A stretch of 10,641 nucleotides of DNA from an uncultured Fibrobacterales bacterium (GTDB lineage: Bacteria; Fibrobacterota; Fibrobacteria; Fibrobacterales; CAWVXU01), in the NCBI GenBank assembly GCA_963934255.1, contig CAWVXU010000089.1:1-10641 (forward strand), read 5' to 3'. A program made the translations under genes and the position numbers. The notes beneath the pieces were generated by a model, which saw only the letters and a program-made list of their open reading frames with translations, searched no databases and was not told the DNA's origin. Of the stretch, positions 1 through 6,519 are shown in pieces (position 1 is the first letter of the stretch; the number at the start of each line of letters is the position of its first letter).

Positions 1-169
1 TATGATGATCTACACTATTGTGACTCTTAATCATCAAAATTTAATGGAGTCAACTGCAAATTTGAATGGACCTATACTGATTAATATTCGTGGTAAAAAG
101 GGAAAGCAAATTATTTTAGATGACTCTAGGTATAGTGTGAAAACGCCTATTATGCAAGGGGGGGCTTAA
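1..169 (+). CDS. fliW: Flagellar assembly factor FliW (CsrA antagonist), C-terminal part; 5' end lies outside the window
   Basis: Not in the ORF track. The frame starting at nt 2 reads MMIYTIVTLNHQNLMESTANLNGPILINIRGKKGKQIILDDSRYSVKTPIMQGGA* (TAA 167-169). TANLxGPIxIN...GKQxIL...YS is the characteristic FliW C-terminal pattern, and the gene sits directly upstream of csrA, the conserved fliW-csrA order. Confidence 0.9.
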   Translation, partial: MMIYTIVTLNHQNLMESTANLNGPILINIRGKKGKQIILDDSRYSVKTPIMQGGA

Positions 170-171
170 TT

Positions 172-402
172 ATGTTAGTACTTACTCGTAAATTAGGTGA
201 ATCTATACGCATTGGCGATAATGTCAAAATCACCATTATTGAAGCTGATGGCAACAATATCAAAATTGGTATCGATGCTCCAAGATCTGTAAAAGTTCAT
301 CGCGAAGAGGTTTTTGAACGAATCCTTGAAGAGAACAAAAAAGCTGCCCAGGTATCTAAAATTGATATGGGTCAAATGGCTGCAATGTTTAAAAAGAAGT
401 AG
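172..402 (+). CDS. csrA: Carbon storage regulator CsrA, translational repressor (76 aa, FliW-interacting type)
   Basis: MLVLTRKLGESIRIGD...KIGIDAPRSVKVHREEV is the CsrA signature. It has a C-terminal helical extension with Asn55 (ILEEN), the residue required for FliW antagonism in Bacillus subtilis CsrA. A G-rich SD (AAGGGGGGG, 156-164) precedes ATG 172. Confidence 0.97.
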   Translation: MLVLTRKLGESIRIGDNVKITIIEADGNNIKIGIDAPRSVKVHREEVFERILEENKKAAQVSKIDMGQMAAMFKKK

Positions 403-437
403 ATTAGCTATTATTTCAATTAAAGATTGATATGAAG

Positions 438-470
438 AAGCCCACTCAAGAGAGTGGGCTTTTTTTATTT
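438..470 (+). terminator. Rho-independent terminator of the fliW-csrA transcript
   Basis: AAGCCCACTC-AAGA-GAGTGGGCTT perfect 10-bp stem with a 4-nt loop (438-461), running into a T7 tract (460-466) and then ATTT, 36 nt after the csrA stop. Confidence 0.93.
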
Positions 471-512
471 GCGATTGATGCTAATCTAAATTGATGGCGG
501 CGAAGGATTTTC

Positions 513-571
513 TTTAAGATGCAACCCCATCTAAAACTTCAAGGAATATATTGCTTTAAGTTTTGCTTAAA
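513..571. promoter_or_regulatory. Two inverted repeats; candidate upstream activator (enhancer) sites for the sigma54 promoter
   Basis: TTTaAGATG-caaccc-CATCTaAAA (513-536, one mismatch) and TTTAAG-ttttg-CTTAAA (555-571, perfect). Both begin within CTTTAAG (512 and 554, 42 bp apart). They lie about 125-180 bp upstream of the predicted +1. Function is inferred only. Confidence 0.3.
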
Positions 572-624
572 TTGGGCATTAACTACCACTTGTGTGTTGG
601 AACAGCCCTTTTTTAGGATGAAAT

Positions 625-654
625 GCCTGTTTTTAGCCTGTTTTAGCCTGTTTT
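625..654. repeat. Three tandem direct repeats GCCTGTTTT(T)A with 10-11 bp period
   Basis: GCCTGTTTTTA (625-635), GCCTGTTTTA (636-645), GCCTGTTTT (646-654). A degenerate copy GCCCTTTTTTA lies at 605-615, 20 bp before the first unit. Confidence 0.9.
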
Positions 655-667
655 CTCCATCTATTTA

Positions 668-685
668 TTGGCATTTCTTTTGCTA
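668..685 (+). promoter_or_regulatory. Sigma54 (RpoN) -24/-12 promoter
   Basis: TTGGCATTTCTTTTGCTA: GG (670-671), exactly 10 nt, then GC (682-683), matching TGGCA-N6-TTGCW. Predicted +1 is about 694-695, just upstream of the SD at 701-707 and ATG 713. Confidence 0.75.
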
Positions 686-700
686 TGTAATAAAGTATAC

Positions 701-707
701 AGGAGGT
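701..707 (+). promoter_or_regulatory. Shine-Dalgarno sequence of the MerR-type gene
   Basis: AGGAGGT, a full consensus SD, 5 nt before ATG at 713. Confidence 0.85.
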
Positions 708-712
708 TTCTG

Positions 713-1087
713 ATGGAAACGATACAGAATAAATGGTTCGAAGAAAAAATTGGTATTGGCGAAACTGCTCGTCTTATAGGAGTTGCTAGCCATACGGTTA
801 GATATTGGGAAAAGGAATTTGATTTCTTTTTGTCAGCTGAAAGAACTGAAGGCCGTCAACGTCGTTATGGTGATGATTCACTTAAAAAATTACGTCGAAT
901 CTATCGTTTACTTAAAGAAGAGGGATATTCAATTGCAGGGGCCCGTCGCCTTTTGCGTCGTGAAATGGCAGGAGAAACGAGTGCCGATGAACTTCCTGCA
1001 CCAAGAGAAACTGTCGACCGTATTACTCGGATGATTCGCGCTGAGTTATTAGAGCAATTATCAATCCCTGTTCGAGATGTGATTTAA
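713..1087 (+). CDS. MerR-family helix-turn-helix DNA-binding protein (124 aa), no obvious effector domain
   Basis: IGIGETARLIGVASHTVRYWEKEF...RTEGRQRRYGDDSLKKLRRIYRLLKEEGYSIAGARRLL is a MerR-type winged HTH. Start moved from 668 (TTG inside the sigma54 promoter, no SD) to ATG 713 (perfect SD). The protein from 713 contains no Cys, so it is not a classic metal sensor. Confidence 0.9.
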   Translation: METIQNKWFEEKIGIGETARLIGVASHTVRYWEKEFDFFLSAERTEGRQRRYGDDSLKKLRRIYRLLKEEGYSIAGARRLLRREMAGETSADELPAPRETVDRITRMIRAELLEQLSIPVRDVI

Positions 1088-1116
1088 TAGACGGTATCTG
1101 TAAGTCTTACTAATAT
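1088..1116 (+). promoter_or_regulatory. Possible sigma70-type promoter for the glycosyltransferase genes, with a palindrome in the spacer
   Basis: TAGACG (1088-1093), 17 nt, TAATAT (1111-1116), each 4/6 to consensus. GTAAG-T-CTTAC at 1100-1110. SD-like GGAG at 1135-1138 before ATG 1145. AT-rich context makes a chance match plausible. Confidence 0.25.
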
Positions 1117-1144
1117 ATAGATATATACGTTTTTGGAGTGATCA

Positions 1145-4100
1145 ATGAATCTATCATCCTCTATCATTTTAATGGGAGGCGCTCAATCGAGTGCCTTTTC
1201 CATTACAGAATCATTATCTCACCTGAAAAGTTACTCTGGTGAGATAATTTTAGTTTTAACCCAAGAGTACTCAACTCTAGCTCAAAACTTCCCTAATTTG
1301 AAGTTAATCGTCATTCCTCACTGGAATGCTGGTCATGCTGTCAATGAGGCTCTTCAATTGGCAACCGGTGAAAGTTTGTTTTTTATTGGAGTGGGTGGAG
1401 TTATTTCTGGTGAAGGAATATCAATACTAGAAGAAGAGCTTTGGTCTGCACCTTCGGTAGGTGTGGTGGCTCCTTTGGGTAATACTTCAGGTTGGCAAAG
1501 TGTACAGTACTTCATTGGACCTCAAAGTACTTTGAATATTGAAAGTTCTGAAGGTGTTTTAGATATCCAAGCCAAACTCAAACAGCGTTTTGCAGGGCAA
1601 TCTAAAAAGGTCAAATCAACAGAATTTTGTGGACTCGGGATTCAAAGAAAGTTACTACAAGCACTTGGTGGTTTTGATGAAAGGTTAAGCGAGGACATTG
1701 CCCCCCTCGATATTGCTTGGCGTGTTCAATTAATGGGTAAAGAAATCCGTATAGTACAAAGTGTCTATTTGTATTTCTCTTCATGGCAAAACCAAATAAG
1801 TTTAACTCTGGATGCAGAAGTCAAAAAATACTCGACTCAGGTTTTAAGTCAAAAGCTTTTAGAACATTATGAAGCAAAAGACTCAATTCCTTCGAGTTGG
1901 GATCTATGGGAAGTGGAACATTTTCAATTAGATCTCCCTGAAAAATTCCAAAATAAAGTGAGTCAGCCTGTTCTTAACGAACGAAGCAAACCGGCGATTA
2001 TTTTATACGCAAGTTCAGAAGACTTTAATATTTCAATTTCTATGTCACTTACTTTGAGTCAACTTAAAAGCTATGGGGTTGCTTCTGAAAACATTTTGTT
2101 GATTGATGCTTCAGGGCAAGCTTCAGGAGTTGAAATTGAAGATAAAAATATTGTTATATGGACTCTGAATGATATGATGGGTTGGTCTGCCCTTTTACCA
2201 AGACTTCAATCATGGTTCCCTGCCAAAGAATTATTAGTCATGCGGGCTGGTTCACAAATTGAACCACACTCATGGCGCTTCTTAGTGACACAATTTGAAG
2301 CTAAAGAAAACCATATTAGTACTGGTGAACTCTATTCCAGTCAAGGCGAAATTTATCGTCAACTCAATAGTGTTGGGTTCTTTGATTGGACTAACACCCT
2401 CAGTCGAGCTCCAATGTCTCAATTTATTATTCCTCAAAGTTTAAATATTTTTGGCGAAGCGGAGATGGAAATTGATTGGGACATTAAGTTTCAATTCAAA
2501 GCAGATTTTAATGTGTCGCCGCTAGGCTCAGATAAACCAATGACTCAGCCTATAAAAACGAATCATAGTTTTGATCAAAATTCAATTCAAATACAAAATC
2601 CACATCAAGATGATATTCAAGTAGAATTGAATTCTAAAGAAATTAAGTATTCACTTGAAGTACAAGAATTGATTAACCAGGCGACTTACCCCGGATTTTG
2701 GATTGACGATACCTATGTGGACAAATTTGGGCAAGCCATTGATAAGCATATGCCAGACTTAATTGTTTTACATATAGAGCCTTTAGATATGCCAGCATTT
2801 TCGGCTGTTTTAAATATGATGAAACATCCAGGGCTCAAAAAGTTAATCGCTATTTTTGATAATAATTACCTACAACAAGGTACGATTGACGACCCCTATG
2901 ATCATTTTGGGATTTCTCCTTATGACTTAAGAAGAGAAGTTGAGCTCGCAGGGTATAATCATTTAAAATGGTCAGCGTATGGTTGTGAAGTTCAACAAAA
3001 TCAATCTCAATATGCTGGTACTCAAATTAATCTTGGTCTTCGTACTGAGTTTGAAACCTTAATGTCTACGGCGCCGACGATGATGCTTGAGGCAACACTT
3101 TGTCAAGAAAATTATGACTTGACTAAAAAGGTCAGTATTGTCGTTTTAGGTCTCAATAAAATTGAATACACCGCACAGTGTATCGAAAGCACCAACAAAT
3201 ATTGCAAGCAAGAAATTGAATGGATATTAGTCAATAACGGTTCTACCGACGGAACACAAGCGTATTTTGATCTAGTCCCGGGTGCCAAGGTCATTCACAA
3301 TGATCAAAACATTGGAGTAGCTGCAGGTTGGAACCAAGGAATGAAAATAGCTACAGGTGATTATGTTCTCATATTGAATAATGATGTCATTTTAGCTCCG
3401 GGTTCCATAGAAAACTTAGTTCGTTGTGCTATGAATCACCCCCAAAGTGGATTGATTGCACCTAGAAGCAATTCGATTGCAGGGCCACAAATAATAGACG
3501 GCTTTAAATTTGAAAACGAATTAGAGATACCAAAAATCCTTCAAGATATGATGGAAAAAAATACCTTAAGTTCTTGGCAATTTCCGATGATTAAAGGCTT
3601 TTGTATGCTCATTCCTATGAATGTCATGAATGAAGTAGGCTATTTTGATGAAAGCTTTGGCTTTGGAAACTTTGAAGATGATGACTACTCACAAAGAGTG
3701 GCTAGAGAAGGTTATGATTTACGAGTCGCCAATGACTCAATCATTTTTCATTATGGTTCTGTAAGCTTTGGTCAAGCCAATATTGATTGGGAACAACAAA
3801 TGGTCAAAAATCAAGCGATCTATGAAGAAAAATGGATTAATGGTCGCCCGAGTATATTTGAATTTAAAGAAGGCTATAAAGTACCCAAGAATGTTTTCAT
3901 CAATTCATCAGACTCTGTCAGCCCTAAGGCAAAAGTGATTAAGACTATTGATGCTCTGCTGAAAGAAGAAGTTGAACTTCAATCTCTTATTAGAGGAGAT
4001 ATAGGTGATGCTCTCGTTTATAAAGCAATGGCTAAAGTTCAAGAAGACTTAATGAAACCCAAAGAGGCTTTCCAATCTTATTGCAAAAGTTTAGAGTTTG

Positions 4101-5380
4101 ATTCGCATCAAATAGATATTGATGTTGAAATTGTTGATTTCTTGAAAACCAATTTTGACTTTGAAGAAAGAGATTCGGTAATTCATTTTTTGAGTACCAA
4201 ATTTCCACACTTGAGTAATTTTAAATTACAATCAGAAAATCTCTCAACTGATGACTATCAATGGATTGAAAAGGTACAGCTTCATATTGAAAGTGGCCAA
4301 TATGATGAGGCTTCACAAATATTAGACTTTGCCAAAAGTCATTCTGGTCAGTCTTATGAATGGCATAATTTTAAAGGTCTCGTAGCATGGTATCATGGTG
4401 CTCTAGATCAAGCTTATGAGTACTTCAAACAAGGGTTGTTACTCAATCCCACTGAAGAAGATGTGTTACTCAATTTATTTGATTGTGGAATAAAACTACG
4501 CTTAATTGATGACGTTGAAGTAATTATTGAGAAAGCATTAAGTCTTGATTCGGGCCTCAGTGAAGCCAGGAAATGTCTTGAAGTGATAAAAAACACTAAA
4601 TTAAATGGTGGTCTTATTGCTGATGATTTGATTGAATCTCGTGAATTGAATCTTCAAGTAGAAAACTTTATACGAGAAGGTCTATTAGACTATGCACTTG
4701 ATTCAGTAATGGGTGTTCTAGAAAAATACCCTAAAGACTATCGCGCCCTAAATAATCAAGGATTAATCTACTGGTATCAAGGTGAAATAAAAATTGCAAT
4801 TACTCATTTCCAAACTTCAATAGAGCTCAATCCATGGTATACTGATGCCATATTAAATCTGTATGATTGTTCTTTACTTGTTGGTGAAATCCAAAACTTC
4901 AATCCAGTACTTGATCGATGTATCCAAATTTATCCAACCAATCCGGAGCTTTTACAGGCTCGTAAAGAAATCCAACTCGGCCAAATTCCTGAACGATTAT
5001 CTTCATATCGAGATAATCACCAAGAGAAGACTCGGGAAAAAACGTTATTAGCTCAAGCTCAGGACTTTATAAATACATCTCAATTTGAAAAAGCGGTTCT
5101 GATTTTAACTGATCTTCTCAATGAAGGCAAAGAGCTTGCCGAAGCTTATAATGCATTGGGAATCATATCCTTTTATTGGGGTAATTTTGACGATGCGAAG
5201 AACTTAGTAACTAGATCGCTGAGTCTACAACCTCTTAATGAAGATGCACTTCTTAATCTATGGGATATCTGTATCAAATTGGACGATGTCTATTTTGCCC
5301 GCAAAACATTAAGTGATGCTCTATCAATGGATCCTGGCTTATCTCAAGTTCAATCCATCCTTAACGGAGGAGCCTTATAA
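1145..5380 (+). CDS. Multidomain GT2 glycosyltransferase / TPR protein (1411 aa): degenerate N-terminal GT2, further degenerate domains, intact GT2 (about aa 663-900), C-terminal TPR modules
   Basis: Intact GT-A motifs from nt 3131: VSIVVL, ILVNNGSTDGT, GVAAGWNQG, GDYVLILNNDV (NND 3377-3385), GFCMLI, GYFDESFGFGNFEDDDYSQR, IIFHYGSVSF. The N-terminal ~240 aa align to this domain but lack the acidic motifs. TPR-like helices occur from about nt 4000 to the end (e.g. AEAYNALGIISFYWGNFDDAKNLVTRSLSLQP). Confidence 0.9.
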   Translation: MNLSSSIILMGGAQSSAFSITESLSHLKSYSGEIILVLTQEYSTLAQNFPNLKLIVIPHWNAGHAVNEALQLATGESLFFIGVGGVISGEGISILEEELWSAPSVGVVAPLGNTSGWQSVQYFIGPQSTLNIESSEGVLDIQAKLKQRFAGQSKKVKSTEFCGLGIQRKLLQALGGFDERLSEDIAPLDIAWRVQLMGKEIRIVQSVYLYFSSWQNQISLTLDAEVKKYSTQVLSQKLLEHYEAKDSIPSSWDLWEVEHFQLDLPEKFQNKVSQPVLNERSKPAIILYASSEDFNISISMSLTLSQLKSYGVASENILLIDASGQASGVEIEDKNIVIWTLNDMMGWSALLPRLQSWFPAKELLVMRAGSQIEPHSWRFLVTQFEAKENHISTGELYSSQGEIYRQLNSVGFFDWTNTLSRAPMSQFIIPQSLNIFGEAEMEIDWDIKFQFKADFNVSPLGSDKPMTQPIKTNHSFDQNSIQIQNPHQDDIQVELNSKEIKYSLEVQELINQATYPGFWIDDTYVDKFGQAIDKHMPDLIVLHIEPLDMPAFSAVLNMMKHPGLKKLIAIFDNNYLQQGTIDDPYDHFGISPYDLRREVELAGYNHLKWSAYGCEVQQNQSQYAGTQINLGLRTEFETLMSTAPTMMLEATLCQENYDLTKKVSIVVLGLNKIEYTAQCIESTNKYCKQEIEWILVNNGSTDGTQAYFDLVPGAKVIHNDQNIGVAAGWNQGMKIATGDYVLILNNDVILAPGSIENLVRCAMNHPQSGLIAPRSNSIAGPQIIDGFKFENELEIPKILQDMMEKNTLSSWQFPMIKGFCMLIPMNVMNEVGYFDESFGFGNFEDDDYSQRVAREGYDLRVANDSIIFHYGSVSFGQANIDWEQQMVKNQAIYEEKWINGRPSIFEFKEGYKVPKNVFINSSDSVSPKAKVIKTIDALLKEEVELQSLIRGDIGDALVYKAMAKVQEDLMKPKEAFQSYCKSLEFDSHQIDIDVEIVDFLKTNFDFEERDSVIHFLSTKFPHLSNFKLQSENLSTDDYQWIEKVQLHIESGQYDEASQILDFAKSHSGQSYEWHNFKGLVAWYHGALDQAYEYFKQGLLLNPTEEDVLLNLFDCGIKLRLIDDVEVIIEKALSLDSGLSEARKCLEVIKNTKLNGGLIADDLIESRELNLQVENFIREGLLDYALDSVMGVLEKYPKDYRALNNQGLIYWYQGEIKIAITHFQTSIELNPWYTDAILNLYDCSLLVGEIQNFNPVLDRCIQIYPTNPELLQARKEIQLGQIPERLSSYRDNHQEKTREKTLLAQAQDFINTSQFEKAVLILTDLLNEGKELAEAYNALGIISFYWGNFDDAKNLVTRSLSLQPLNEDALLNLWDICIKLDDVYFARKTLSDALSMDPGLSQVQSILNGGAL

Positions 5381-6519
5381 TGCAAAATGACACCATTTTG
5401 TCGTCTAGACTAGCTTATGATTATTTGGATTGGCCTGAATATTGGATGGATGTTCGTCCGTTGACCCATGCTCGTCAACTTGCGCTTCTTAATCCGGGTG
5501 AAGGTGAAGTAGAATACTATCGTTCTCTAGGATGGGATGTTCGAGTATTTGTTTTTTCTCAAGGACTCATCATGCTTTGGCATGAACTAGATGTTCAAGT
5601 GAATTGGCTCTCATTAAGAGATTTAAATAAAGGCGATTGGTCGAAATTTTCCGAAATGGATTCAGTCGTTTTTAACAGAGGGTTTTCAATAGTCGAAGAT
5701 CCATCAACATATATTGATCGTATATTAGCACTTTTACCAGACCAATCATATTTTCATCTACAAATTGACAACTCAAAATATTTTCAATTTTTACTCAATA
5801 CTGCAAGTAGAGAAGTTCAAGTCGGTAGAACCCAGTACACCAAGACGCGACCCTATTCACGCACCAGAATCGAAATTTTTCTCAAATCGTTGGAGCATAT
5901 CAGATCAGTTGAGTGGGATGAGTATAAAGATGACCAATACTTCCACCCCAATCGTGACAGCTATAGAACCATAACAGGACCTGATTGTTTCGTTCGTTTG
6001 CCCAATAAAAATGAACGCCTAGATTGTTTCATAAAGACTTTTAGACTCAAGCTTCAAGGTGAACAAGATATCTTGTCAGCCTTACCCCAGATTTTTAGTA
6101 AATCAAAAGATAATCACAAACTAGAAACATCGAGTAGCCCGAAGCATCATCAGAATGATCAAGTCATTACAGGCCCCATGGCATCAATAGAGCATGCTTT
6201 GGCTTCAGGTAATGTCAGTCTGGCCAAAGAGTTATTTGTTAATATTGAGAACAATCCCGGTGAAGTGAAAAATCACGAGATTTTCAATATGCGTGGATTA
6301 CTGGCTTTTTACTCCGAAGATAGTCAAGCTGCATACTTACATTTTATTGATGCATTAGAACAAACTCCAGGGCATGGTGATTACTTTTTAAATTTAATGG
6401 ATGCAGGTAAAGCTTTAGGGCGTGGTTCAGAAGTTCTCAGACTTTTTGAAATGTCAATCAAGCGCTTTCCTGACCTGGCTTCAATAGAACAAGAAATTCA
6501 AGGAATGCTAAGTGATTGA
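5380..6519 (+). CDS. Protein with degenerate class I SAM-methyltransferase-like N-terminal domain and C-terminal TPR module (379 aa)
   Basis: TAATG stop/start overlap with the upstream gene and SD GGAGG at 5366-5370. LALLNPGEG sits where motif I (VLDxGCGxG) would be. MDSVVFNRGFSIVEDPSTYIDRILALLPDQSYFHLQIDN parallels FDxIxxxxVLEHxxDPxxxLxxxxxxLKPGGxxxxxxPN. C-terminal HEIFNMRGLLAFY...TPGHGDYFLNLMD is TPR-like. The CDS is secure; the methyltransferase-fold call is moderate. Confidence 0.65.
   Translation: MQNDTILSSRLAYDYLDWPEYWMDVRPLTHARQLALLNPGEGEVEYYRSLGWDVRVFVFSQGLIMLWHELDVQVNWLSLRDLNKGDWSKFSEMDSVVFNRGFSIVEDPSTYIDRILALLPDQSYFHLQIDNSKYFQFLLNTASREVQVGRTQYTKTRPYSRTRIEIFLKSLEHIRSVEWDEYKDDQYFHPNRDSYRTITGPDCFVRLPNKNERLDCFIKTFRLKLQGEQDILSALPQIFSKSKDNHKLETSSSPKHHQNDQVITGPMASIEHALASGNVSLAKELFVNIENNPGEVKNHEIFNMRGLLAFYSEDSQAAYLHFIDALEQTPGHGDYFLNLMDAGKALGRGSEVLRLFEMSIKRFPDLASIEQEIQGMLSD

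Noticed and set aside
500..620. CsrB/RsmZ-like sRNA suggested by four GGA motifs (505, 543, 599, 616) downstream of csrA
   Set aside because: The GGAs are not in convincing hairpin loops, density is low, there is no own terminator, and this CsrA is of the FliW-antagonised type.
605..654. CRISPR array or iteron interpretation of the repeats
   Set aside because: Units are 10-11 bp and directly adjacent with no spacers, and there is no cas or rep gene.
403..700. Sigma28 (FliA) promoter
   Set aside because: No TAAA-N15-GCCGATAA match of acceptable quality; the closest candidate overlaps the terminator stem.
668..712. N-terminal extension MAFLLLCNKVYRRFL of the 139-aa ORF call
   Set aside because: The TTG start lies inside the sigma54 promoter and has no SD, whereas ATG 713 has a perfect AGGAGGT.
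519..713. 64-aa ORF in the intergenic region
   Set aside because: Runs through the tandem repeats and promoter, is Phe/Cys/Leu-rich as expected from T-rich non-coding DNA, and resembles no protein I recognise.
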